Shown one piece after another: positions 35,501 through 46,100 of a DNA stretch of 64,000 nt. Source of the DNA: Antechinus flavipes (taxonomy: Eukaryota). Both the position numbers and the translations under genes were made by a program. The notes below the pieces were generated by a model, which did no database searches, was not told the DNA's origin, and worked only from the letters and a program-made list of their open reading frames with translations. Each line of letters begins with the position of its first letter. Positions within the stretch are counted from its first letter, which is position 1. The DNA is taken from assembly GCF_016432865.1 (NCBI RefSeq), contig NC_067403.1, positions 254,138,001 through 254,202,000 of the forward strand, read 5' to 3'.

Positions 35501-35855
35501 GGTCATAGGTCCATCCGTCTCGGCACGGTTCAGTGGCGGGGACGCTCCCGTTGGGGGAGGTAGCGTTGGGCTCCAGGATCTGCCAGTGGGGGCGGGAGAA
35601 CTGCCGGCACCTCTCGGGCTGGTGGCCCTCGTCCAGTGGCACCCACAGCCGGAGGAGCCTCTCGGAGCTGAGGTTCCCCGTCTGGCCGAGGGGCACTGGC
35701 GGGAGCCGGCAGTGGTGTGGGGGCACGGCCGCCGAGAAGTTCTGCAGGAGGTTGTGAGAGGCCGTCAGGAGTATGGGGGCCACCAGGGCGAGGATGTGCA
35801 GCCGTTGGAAGAGCCCCAGTCCCCCGAGCTGCTCCAGCAGGCTGGCGAAGGTCAT
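22062..35855 (-). CDS. Second SLC22 organic anion transporter (OAT1/OAT3/OAT6-like paralog), apparently intact
   Basis: Exons 35469-35855, 33733-33836, 33239-33393, 30304-30472, 28091-28214, 27096-(~27211, 5' end in N gap), 25229-25443, 23399-23507, 22374-22577, plus an uncertain last exon. Sizes 104/155/169/124/215/109/204 match OAT1; GT-AG; no stops or frameshifts in visible sequence; Kozak ACCACCATG. Confidence 0.9.
22374..22577 (-). CDS. OAT paralog exon 9 (204 nt)
   Basis: [26 protein letters not shown]...[19 protein letters not shown]. Confidence 0.92.
22727..22879 (-). mobile_element. Full-length tRNA-derived marsupial SINE (WSINE1-like) in intron 8 of the paralog
   Basis: Head GGGGCAGCTAGGGGGCGCAATGGATAGAGCA, B-box GAGTTCGAAT, A-rich tail, diverged flanking repeat CTTATCCT..TTTAAC. 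Confidence 0.85.
23399..23507 (-). CDS. OAT paralog exon 8 (109 nt)
   Basis: [37 protein letters not shown]. Confidence 0.92.
23546..23920. repeat. (GT)n followed by a GA-rich tract next to the exon 8 acceptor of the paralog
   Basis: Seen directly. Confidence 0.85.
24835..24849 (-). promoter_or_regulatory. CTCF-like site in intron 7 of the OAT paralog
   Basis: TCACCAGAGGGCACC on - strand, one mismatch. Confidence 0.45.
25229..25443 (-). CDS. OAT paralog exon 7 (215 nt)
   Basis: [18 protein letters not shown]...[25 protein letters not shown]; AAG acceptor. Confidence 0.92.
27096..27201 (-). CDS. OAT paralog exon 6 (partial; about 10 nt and the acceptor fall in the N gap)
   Basis: [35 protein letters not shown]; donor TG|GTAGGC; 116 nt expected by analogy with OAT1. 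Confidence 0.85.
27202..27731. other. Assembly gap hiding the start of paralog exon 6
   Basis: N run. Confidence 1.
28091..28214 (-). CDS. OAT paralog exon 5 (124 nt)
   Basis: [41 protein letters not shown]. Confidence 0.92.
28640..29090 (-). mobile_element. L3/CR1 fragment
   Basis: Degenerate similarity to the CR1 RT 3' region, recognised by eye. Confidence 0.45.
29318..29526 (+). mobile_element. Mar1-like CORE SINE with an RTE/BovB-type tail
   Basis: tRNA head followed by CCACTGGAGAAGGAAATGGCAAA...AGTCAGACGTGACCGAACA. Confidence 0.65.
30304..30472 (-). CDS. OAT paralog exon 4 (169 nt)
   Basis: [57 protein letters not shown]. Confidence 0.92.
30590..31470. repeat. Degenerate L3-tail array, opposite orientation, in intron 3 of the OAT paralog
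   Basis: Repeated TTCTAAG(G)..CCTTCCAG.TCT; 30949-31085 closely repeated at 31251-31385. Confidence 0.75.
33239..33393 (-). CDS. OAT paralog exon 3 (155 nt)
   Basis: [51 protein letters not shown]. Confidence 0.92.
33733..33836 (-). CDS. OAT paralog exon 2 (104 nt)
   Basis: [35 protein letters not shown]. Confidence 0.92.
35469..35855 (-). CDS. OAT paralog coding exon 1 (387 nt)
   Basis: [17 protein letters not shown]...[18 protein letters not shown]...[21 protein letters not shown]; donor GAG|GTAATG. Confidence 0.92.
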
Positions 35856-36274
35856 GGTGGTTCCGGGGAGCTCCTGGCCTCGGCTCCCCGACTGCTGCCG
35901 TGGGCTGGTAGAGGAAGACTTAGTGCAACGGGGCTGCTCTGGTCCCAGAGTCCCGGCCTTACCAGCTGATCTGTTCAGCCCTTGGAGGCCGGAAACGCCA
36001 GAGCTGTGGGGGGTCCCCCTCCTCCGGGCCAACTGGTCTCAGCTGCAGATGGGAAAAGAGGCCCGGGCCGTCCCCCTGTCCAACTCCCCTCGTCCCTCCG
36101 ACCCTTGTTCCCGAGCGCTGCCCCGGTGCGACTGTGGGGATTCCTGTGGGGACCTGGCTTTGGCAGGGCCTGGCCAGGATTGCGGGGGCCAAGAACCTCC
36201 CCTCCCCGCTCTATCCATCCTCCCACCCAGCCCAGCCGCAGTTACCTCTCCCGGGTTAAACTGTTATTTTGGCT

Positions 36275-36288
36275 CTAAAGGATTAACC
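36275..36288 (-). promoter_or_regulatory. HNF1-like site upstream of the OAT paralog
   Basis: GGTTAATCCTTTAG on - strand versus consensus GGTTAATNATTAAC. Confidence 0.45.
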
Positions 36289-36704
36289 ACTGAGAAGGGG
36301 AGCGGGGGATGTCCCAAGTCAAGGAAAGAACTGTGGGCCAGAAGACTGATGAGCGTCAGCTTGTCCAGGCTGAGCGGCGGGGCACTTTGCCAGTCACTCC
36401 CTGGCACCTCGTCCACATGCAGGGCTTGAGGAGCCTTCTCTGGGCCTTTCTGTGGCCCATGGGTCGCCCCCACGGGGGGGGGGGGAATATTAAGAACTTC
36501 AAGGGCAAGGGGCAAGAGGGATAGTGCCAGAATCTCCAAGTTGGGGGGGGTGTCAGGGGCCAGAGTCCGACCCGTCCCCCGGGGGATCCTCCTTTGCCAT
36601 CCCCGACCAGTGGCGGCTCGTCTGGCTCCTCCTGCCCCCGCTCTTTGGAGACATCCAGCCACGGGGGACTTATTACTTATTACCCATTCCACTTTGGCAC
36701 TCTT

Positions 36705-36717
36705 CTTAATGATTAGG
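36705..36717. promoter_or_regulatory. Second HNF1-like site upstream of the OAT paralog
   Basis: CTTAATGATTAGG, 10/13 match to GTTAATNATTAAC. Confidence 0.45.
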
Positions 36718-37333
36718 AAGTTTTTACTTAGACTGAATGTGATGTGGGGGAAGGAAAAGGGAGGCAAGAAGAGGACAAAGTCCTGAGGGGGGGGAGTAGC
36801 CAAGGGGGTGCTTCCCTTCCTTCCCCTGGCCTTAAAGGCCCTTTTCTGGATTCCCGGGGGGGTGGGGGGAGAGGGGAGAGTCAGCCCCCAGCCCTGCACA
36901 GTGGCAAGGGCACGCTTGGGTTTGGGGGCATGAGGGGAACAAAGACTGCCCCCATTTCAGCTGTTTTGCCTTCCAAATGTGGGTTTCTGCTTTCCTGGTG
37001 AGGACGTTTGTGATTCAGGAGAACCTGTCAGGTCTGGCTCTACCGGGGGAAGGGAGGCTTGGGTTGGAGTGCCGTGGCAGCCGGTGGATGGGATTCTAGA
37101 TGCCCCCATTAAGTAGGTTTCTGGCATGGCCTATATGGCACTGGCTGGAGGCAGGGGGTTGGAGTAGTTGACCCCTGCCCCAGGATGGAGGTTTACATGA
37201 TACTGAACAGAACTGTAGTTGGGAGGTCAAGGGGACCCCTGGTGTTTCACTCATTTTATCTCTGGAGAGGAAAAGGACCGGGTTGGGAAAGGGCGCCGGA
37301 AGCTGATCCAGAAGTACAGACACTGGCAAATCT

Positions 37334-37339
37334 TTTAAT
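37334..37339 (-). terminator. Candidate SLC22A6 polyadenylation signal ATTAAA
   Basis: tttaat on + strand about 250 nt past the stop codon. Confidence 0.4.
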
Positions 37340-37592
37340 AATAGGACCCAGAGCAGCATCTGGGCAAGGGGAGCACAGGATGAGGGGCCATCTGGGAGCT
37401 GGATTAAGGGCGGGATTTTCCTGTTCCAGGCTCAGGTCCCTTTGGTTTTCCTCTCCACTCTTGGTCCAACTCAGCCCTGCCCCAGGAGGCTTCAGGCTCC
37501 ATCGGAAGCAGTTCTTGTTGCTAGGGAGCAGGGAGAGGAGGAGGAATGGACAGGACCCTCTGAAGATCAGCTCCCTCGCCATCCATCCATCC

Positions 37593-37671
37593 TCAGGGTC
37601 CATCCTTCCTCAGGGTTTGCAGGGGGATCGTCTGCTCTCCTGCTTCCTTCTGTTTCTTCTTCCCATGATTC
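37593..37671 (-). CDS. SLC22A6: OAT1 terminal coding exon 10 (79 nt to TGA)
   Basis: Acceptor CCCTTTTCTCCCTGTAG|G; [25 protein letters not shown], resembling the human OAT1 tail MVPLQASAQEKNGL*. Confidence 0.8.
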
Positions 37672-38718
37672 CTACAGGGAGAAAAGGGTCATTGGCTCAT
37701 TAGGGTGGGAGCAAGCTTTCTGGGATGAGGGCAGAGACCCCTGGAGGGCACTGGGGGTCCCTTCTGTTTTAGGGAGATGGTCCCAAGGATGGGCAGATGC
37801 GGGTAGCTGTGCTATGCTGCCCTGGCGTACCCTGGCACAAAACCAGCCAGGATTCCGCCTGAGAGATGGCCTGGGAGTTCTGGAACTTTCAAAAAATCTC
37901 TTGTTAGCAAGAGATGGGTAGAAGGAAGAGGGGAGAGAGCAGGAGATCCCAGTTTGAAAGGAGTTGCTGGTGGCCCCACAGTGGGGAAGAGGAGGAGGAG
38001 GAGGAGGAGAAGGAGAAGAAGAGGAGGAGGAGAAGGAAGAAGAGGAGCAGGAGGCTGGCAGCCTTCACTCACTTGGCCTTCAGCTCTTCCACACTTTCCG
38101 GCAAGGGCATGTTGAGAGTCTCCGGCAGAAAGAAGGTGACAGCACCCCCAGCAATGGGGACAGCTCCATAGATGAGGGAGGGCAATGCAGGATAGAGCTC
38201 TCCGGTCATATTCACCAGAGGGCTCATGATGCTGCCCACCCGGGCCATCATGCTGCCCATGCCCAGTCCTGTCTGCCTGAAATGCCAAGGGTGAGGGAGA
38301 GAGAGAGAGAGACACAGAAAGAGAGACAGAGACAGAGACAACCAGAGAGAGAGATAGGTACAGAGAAAGACAAACACAGTGAGATAGAGAGAGAGGAGAG
38401 AGCAAAAGGGAGAGAAGGAGAAGAGGGAGAGAGANNNNNNNNNNNNNNNNNNNNNNNNNNNNNNNNNNNNNNNNNNNNNNNNNNNNNNNNNNNNNNNNNN
38501 NNNNNNNNNNNNNNNNNNNNNNNNNNNNNNNNNNNNNNNNNNNNNNNNNNNNNNNNNNNNNNNNNNNNNNNNNNNNNNNNNNNNNNNNNNNNNNNNNNNN
38601 NNNNNNNNNNNNNNNNNNNNNNGAGAGACAGGTACAGAGAAAGACAGATAGAGAAAAACACAGAGTGACAGAGAGAGAGAGAGGGGAGAGAGGAAAAGAG
38701 AAAGAAGGAGAAGAGGAA

Positions 38719-38769
<51 letters not shown>

Positions 38770-41700
38770 AGAGGTAGAGAGAATATAAATCTAAGCACAG
38801 TTGATTACCGAGCAGTTGGGGTAAGTTGGAGAAGGCTACTAGCCCAGGAGGTCGAGGGATTCAAACTCTCATCTCCTCATTCTTACTCCTCTCACAAATC
38901 CAAAGGGTTTGTCAAGTTCTGTTGTTTCTACTTTCGCATCTCTTGAACACACCCTTCTCTTTTTTGACCTTGCTCCCACCCTGGTACAATCTCTGCACTG
39001 CTGGGTCTGTCTGTCTCCAGTTTTCCTATTCCAGTCCATCCTCCATTTAGCTGACAGTGATTCTCCTAAAACACAGGGAGCTCGGGAACTCCCTGTTGTC
39101 TCCAGGAACAAATACAAAACGCTCTGTTCGGGGATCAAAGCCCTTCATAACCTGGTTCCTGCTTATGTTTCCATAGCATTTTTCTATAATATGGGGTTTT
39201 TTTTCTGTCTTACTCTTCAGCCCAGAGGCCCTTTGACTTTTTAGCTTCTCCTTGAATGTGACACTCGCTGCCTTTTCCCTTGCTGTCCCCCATGCTTCTA
39301 CCTGTCTTTAAGAGTCATCTCAAATCCCCCCTTCTTCTTCTCCACTCCTATTCCATTGATAGACCTTTTCTTTTGAGATGACTTTCACTCTGCCTTTACC
39401 TTCTTTGTCCATGATCTTTGCCTGCTGCCTCCTCCATTAGATAAGGAGATCATTTTGGGAGGGAGGATGCAGGCGACTTGAGCGATTAGGAAAGACTTCA
39501 TAGAAAAGGTGGCTTTGGAGCTCAGGTTTGAAGGAAACCAAGGCTTCCAAGTGCAGAAAGAAGCGCACATTCTAGACGAAGGGGCAAGTGATGGGTGAGG
39601 TGGTAGGCGGGGAGAGATGGAGCACAGAGTGAGTGGGGGGGGGCAGTGATGTGCACCGAGAACGAGGGAGCACCTATGGCAAGCAGGGAAGGACATTCTG
39701 TTGGATATCAGGAACAAGAGGTAGCCAGGAGGACACCGGCAATCCTTCAGTCTAGGAAAATCCCTTTGGCAACTGTATGGAAGATGTATTGGAGTGGGGA
39801 GAGAGGTTTGAGTCTGGGAGGCCAGTTAGGAGGCTGTTCTAATAGCCCAGATGAGTTGTGATGAGCGCTGAGTGAGTTGAGTGAGATAGGAGAGGATTTA
39901 TGGGGTTAGAATCCTCATTTGGATGAGGGGGGAGAGTGAGGGTGAGGGCGATGTTGGGGTTACAAACGTGGGGTCCTGGAAGGATGGGCTCCTCCGGTTG
40001 ATCCCAATGGTAAGAGGGAAGCTCAGGAGAGGGGAGGGTTTGGGGGCAAAGATGGTAAGTTTAGTTTTGGATGCTTGTGGGACACTGTTTAAAATGTCTA
40101 GTGGGCTGATGGTGAGCAAGACTAAAGCTCATGGGAGAGGCTGGGCATGGGGATATAGAGCCAGGAGTCATCTGGGTAAGGGAAAGCATAAAAGCGTATA
40201 CTTAAAGAACATTTGTTGACTTGATGACTTCTTCTGGGTCTGGTTCCTGCCCCTCCCCCCACCCCCGCCTCCCAGAGGGCAAGAGTTATAGCCAGTCCTT
40301 CTCAGATTGGAAGGGACACAGAGTACCGGAGTGCTTGGACATTGCTCTGGGCACGGATTGACCTGGCTGGAGGAAGGCTTCCATCTCTACCTTCTCCTCC
40401 CCCGCACCCTGGCTCCGGGTCTCTCTCCCAGAAGGACTTTTGATACTCACCGAATTACAGTGGGATAGAGCTCCCCAGTGTACAAGAAGACACAGTTGAA
40501 GGAGGCCCCCAGACAACCCTTCCCTAGGACCGCCAGGGAAGTCCTCATGATCCCCCAGTCTGGGAGGAAGGAGAACAGGGTTGGAGGGACACAGTGAGGG
40601 CTAAGCAGATCTCTCTGTTCCATGATCTTTAGAGCAGGAGCCCTGGCCCATGAGGGAAAAGGGGGCCAGGACCCCTTCATTTCCCCCCACCTCACCTTTC
40701 GGCACCAGTATATTGACCAAGATGGAAATGCCAGCCAACAGCAGGGAGGCCATTTGTGCGGGGCGCCGGCCAATGTAGTTAATGACCAGGAAGCCTATGA
40801 GTTTGGCCGGCAAATCCACTGCCCCAAAGATCACTTGGGTGAGGTAGATGTTGCTTCCAAAATACTGCAGGTCCATGACTAGCCCATAGTAGGCAAAGCT
40901 GGTGGCAAACCTGGGAGACATGGGGAAGTGGTTGCAGTTTGTGGATGACGGATTGAGAGCCAAGAGATTCCTTTATTTACAGATGAGGAAACTGAGGCTC
41001 AGAGAAGAGAACAAAGTCAGTGGTTAGGGTAAAGTTATAAAATATATAGTTATAGTTATAAATTAGAGGATAGAGGGAGGAAAAGGAAGTGGGGAAGATG
41101 GAAAGAGTTGCACACAGGACAGGGGACTGTGAGGAGGTAGTGACCCCAGCCCCCGGTGGACTTTGGTCTGGAAAATCCCAGAATGATCCAAGAGAGGAAT
41201 AAATAGATCTAGGTAGGTGACACAGTACATAGAGAGCTGGGTCTGCAGTCAGGAAAACCTGAGTTCAAACCCAGCCTCAGACACTTACTGGACAAATCAC
41301 TTAAGCTTTCACAGCCTCAGTTTCTTCATCTGTAAAATGAGAATAATAACAGCAGCCCCCTCCCAGGTGGCTAAGAGGATTAAATAAGAGAATATTTATA
41401 AAGCATGTAGTACAGTACCTGGCACATAGTAGGTATTTAATAAAATGCTTGTTTCCTTCCTTGCTTCCTCATTTTCTACCCATAGCAGCAGAGTAGGGAT
41501 TTTTGGGCATGGTGCTTAATATGTTAACACAGAATGGGCCGCTACTTGGTGCCATGGATAGAATGTAATGTTTGGAGTCAGGAAGACCTGAATTCAAATT
41601 CTGCTTCAGGTAGAGAGTCCTGGATAAGTCAGTGACTTACCTTCTCTGACCCTCTGGGCTCCCATTTGTAAGATAAGAGAGGTGAGCTTGATCTCATTGA

Positions 41701-43070
41701 AAATCCTTTCCATGTCTAATTCTATAAACTTTCAGAAGGCCAAAGGCTCAAAGGCTCAGAGAATGGATGGGCCTTCCTTATTCAGGGCTTCCCAGCTTTG
41801 GGGTTAGGTCTGAGCCTAGGAGGAAGGTGTCATTGGGCCTTAACTAGCAATTTCAGCGACCAAGAAGGCTATTTCCCAACAAAGGGCAGTTGGTGGGAAG
41901 CAGGGAAGCAATTAGTTCTGAAGGAACTCACCTAGGATATGGCTGCTTCCTGGGAGATTTCTATTTGAACTAGTTCTTTCAAACTAGGATCATAGACTTA
42001 CATCCAAAAGGGATTCCAGAAGCCATTTAATCCAACGGCCTCATTTTACAGGTGAAGAAATGCCTATGCAGCTTAAAGACTGCTAGTGCTATTGACATCC
42101 CTGTTTTGATGCTTTGGGACAAGGCTCCAATTGCCCCACCCTAGTTCTCATACTGTGGGTAAAATGGTATTCCTCCCTCTGTACCCAACTCCCTACAGTA
42201 ATCCTGGCCCCGCTCCCCTCCTGCCTCAGTAGGTCTACTGTCTGCTCTCCATTTTTCTCCACCTGGCCATCTCCTTCCCCAGGCCGGTGACTGCCCCTCC
42301 CCCAGCCTAAGGGGCCCCCTCAGTGCCTACCAGATCAGGGAGAGGCAGCTGAAGAGGCCTCGGAGCACTGGCAGGCGCACCAAGTCCATGGCGCTATATT
42401 TGCTCTTGGCAAGGTTAATCTCCTTGTTAAGTTTTATTTGGAGCACCTGGTGGAAAGGGACAGCGTGGCAGAGGGGGCTTCAGGAAGGACATCCCTTTTA
42501 TGGACACTATGGCTGAGACAGGTAGACTGAGAGCTGGAGGTCCTGGGTTGGAGTAGGACCGGATCCCAGGAATCCCGGGCGAGCCCCCAGCCTGCGGGCA
42601 GAGCCTTTGGCCTGCCAGGCTCCTTGGAAGGATGGTAGATGGTGTGGGGGGGAATGGCTCACCTCCACGCTCAGCTTTTCCCCTTCCTCCTGCTTCCCAT
42701 TGATCCGGGCTACCTTCTTCAGGGCCCGGAGCGTCAGGTCCAGCCTGCCGGTGGATGCATGCCATCGGGCAGATTCAATGAAGAGCCTGGAGTGAGGAAA
42801 GACCAGATTTCCAGTCAGGTTAGGAGGGGCCAGAGTCCTGTTAGCTGCTCAGGCAGATCAGACCCGGGGCTGATGGAGGTCTGGAATGCCAGGCTCTGCC
42901 TAATGGAATTAGGGTTGGAGGGGGTGACTAGGGAATAAGACACCTGATATGGTACCAATCCCTGGTGGGGTTCTCCAATCCTCTCTGACTGAGAAAAGGC
43001 AGAATAGGAATCAAGGGGGGCTGCTGAGCAAAGGGGGCTTGGAATTTCCCAGAATCCCCTGTGGGAGCCT

Positions 43071-43115
<45 letters not shown>

Positions 43116-46100
43116 AGGGTAACTGGAGACACAGCAGGCACTAGTGATACAAATGGAAGGCAGCCCCTTCCCTCAGGGAGTTTAAACTCTGCTGGGGGAA
43201 ATACCCACGATAAAAAAATGCAATCTGTGTGCAAAATAAATGCTAAATAATTGGTGACTTGTTCTGGCCCCTCCCTATGGGGCATGGGTGCATCAGGGAA
43301 GGCTTCTTGAAGGAGGCAGATGTTTGGCTGAGTCTGGAAAGAAACTAACAGTTCCCAGAGGCAAAAAGGAGAAGGGAGAGCCTTGTAGGCAAGGGCCCGG
43401 AGGTGGGAAATGAATAGTGAATATAAGAAGCAGCAAGGATAAGAATTTGTCTGCAGCCAACATGCAAGGAGATGTTGGAACTGAGCCGGGGAGGACTCTG
43501 GTGCCCCAAAGAAGGGTTTGCAGGAGTCCCATGGGCCGTGGGGAGCCCCCGGGACCCGTCCTTTAGAAGCATCCCTTCAGCAGAGAGGTCCCAGGGTCAA
43601 AGCCTGGGCCAGAAGTGCCCACGGGGTTAGTGTGGGCGGGAGGGACAGAGACAAGGGCCTGGTGTGCCCTAGAGCGAGGGTTCACCTACCAGGAGTAGAG
43701 GAAGAAGAAGAAGAAGGGTACAGAGATGAGGAACTGCAGCCAGCGCCAGTGGGGCACCGCATAGGCACAGCCTGCCAGGATGAACTGCCCGATGCTGTAG
43801 GCATAGCCAACCAGAGTGCCCACTGTGGCCCGGGTATGGATGGGCATCCACTCCACATCTGGGGATGGAGAGGGGGCACACAGGGGTTAACCATGGGGTC
43901 CCCGGGATTCTGCTCCGGACCCCTGCCCAAAGCCAGGACTGTGGCCAGGCCGAAGGCCGGCCCGCCCAGGGGCTCAGGGCCCAGCGAGTAGGAGGCAGAG
44001 GGGGCCAGTCGAGGCCAGAACCTGCCAGCGCCGCGTCACGGCTCCCACATCCATCCTTCTCTTGCCTAGAACTCAGGCTTCTGACTGGGGATCGTTCCTC
44101 GGGCTGGAGGTGCCCCTCCCCTCCCCCACACCATGCTACCTGGGGCCCACCTGTCTACCTGTTCCTCCTCCTCCTCCTCCTGCTTTCTACCTGAGACCTG
44201 TTAAAAATCTCAGCTTAGAAAGACCAAGGCCTCCCATTGCATCCAGGCCCATCACCTGGGCTACGACTGGGCACCGGACCCGGTTGGGCTCTGGAGGGGA
44301 AACTGAGGCAGGTGACCTTGTCCAGCCCTCCTTCATTTCCATCCAACTCACTGCATCCCCCCCCCACATACACCAGGGTTTCAAGGACAAACAGCAAGGA
44401 CCCACTTTGTACAGCCAGCTCGGGGCTCCCCTAGTCAAGGGCCGGCCAGCCTCCGCTCAGTAATGACTCCGTTCTCTTTCCTCTGACTCCCCTCTCCACC
44501 ATCCCCTTTTACGGGCTGGCTGCCTTTACTAGAGTGAGCTCTGAGGGCTGGGCCTAGCTTCAGATCCAAGCTTTGTTCCCTTAGGGCAAGAGGTTTTGGA
44601 CCTCAGTTTCCCCACTTGTAAAATGCCAGGGTCAGAGTAGAAGCTCTCAGGGTTTCCTTGGGACTTGAAATCTAGAAGAAGGGCCTTGGGACCCAGATCA
44701 GGCTGAGAGGTCTCTAGGGGAGAAATAAGGGCCTTTTTTGGGCCCTTTCCTCCCCTCTGGACTAGGAAGGCCCAGGAACTTCCCCTTTGGGGAGGCTGGA
44801 GGCTGACCTGAGCACCGCCTGAAGGAGCAATGCTGGAGTGAGGAGAGGGTCCCGCAATGGAAAGAGCCCATGAGGGATCTCCCTGAGCCTCTGAAAAATG
44901 AGCTCCTCGGGGAGAGCGCTCGGACAGAAGAGAATCTGGGTTCAAATCCCTCTCTAGCTGTGAGCGAGTCTCCTTCTCGGGCCCTTAGCTTCCTTATCAA
45001 TACCCGGGGGATGGAGCTGGATAGTTCTTCCTGCTCCTTGTGGTTCTTCCAGCTGAGCAGCCCCCGGCCCAAGGAGCAGGAGACCCTGGGCTAGAAATCC
45101 TGAACCAAATCTCAACTAGCAGGAAAAATCCTTTGGAAAGAGGCGGGTGGCGGGCGGCTGTCTGGGAGCAGCCCAGGCCCGGGCCCAGGGTTCTAAGCCT
45201 TTTCGGCATCATGGCCCCCCCCGGTAACCTGCCGAAGCCAGCGGACCCCTTCTCTTGAAGCTCAGTTTCAGGAGAGGTTAGAGAAGAGAAAGATGTCACT
45301 TTTCCCCAGAAGTTCTGAAATTGCTGGAATCCCATGTTTGGGCCTTGGGTGAAAGCCCCAGTGGCTCCCCCCTAGTTACGTTTCTGAGACAGAAACGGGG
45401 GCACGTGAGGACTTCACGGCTGGCGATGGGGCGGGGGCAGCTCCTGGCCTGGGGACGCGTGTGAGTGGGAGAGGTGGGTTCTGCAGGCTATTGGGGTGGC
45501 CCCTTCCCCACCATCCTTCCCCCCCTCACTCAGTGTAAGGCTGTTGAGCGCCATGCCAGACAGGGCAATGCCCGTCAGAAACCGGAGGGCGCAGTAGATG
45601 CTGAAGTTGGGAGAGAAGGCGCAGCCGACGCCCGCCACGGCCGTCTGCAGGTAGGTCCAGATCAGGATCTTCCGGCGGCCCAGCCTGGGGAGACACGCAG
45701 AGCACGGTGTTCCCAGGCCTCCCCCCGGCCCTCGGCCAATCCCGGTGATGCTGGCATTCATTCATTCATTCATTCATTCATTCATTCACTAATTCATCAG
45801 TCAATCAATCAGTTGGGATCTCTGACAGGCCTGGTCCTGGGCTCTGCCTAAGGCTGACAATCCGGCACGGAACACTGGCCAGGACCTTTGGTCTCATGTT
45901 TCCTCTTCTGTCAAATGGGGACAAGACTCTTTCTGCCTGGGCCCAGGGATAGTGCTGTGGATAAACCTTAGAGTTCTAGATATGTGACTTATGAAGTCAC
46001 TTCTCAGAACCTCAACTTCCTCATCTGTGAAATGGGCAGATGAGTGTCAGTGTGCAGAAAGTTCTCTCTGAGGGAAAAACCATCGCTTCCTTTTTGTCCT

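Noticed and set aside
22374-35855. Calling the second gene SLC22A8 or SLC22A20
   Set aside because: It lacks OAT3 hallmarks (ANHNLLQIFTA, MGVEEFG, short exon 1) and lies on the wrong side of OAT1; SLC22A20 has different neighbours in eutherians. Left unnamed pending phylogeny.
35856-36032. 59-aa N-terminal extension of the paralog
   Set aside because: It starts at TTG, not ATG; family alignment and the Kozak context support 35855.
37256-37521. Alternative SLC22A6 last exon (NKNCFRWSL...)
   Set aside because: In frame, but the upstream acceptor at 37671 is stronger and gives an OAT1-like tail of normal length.
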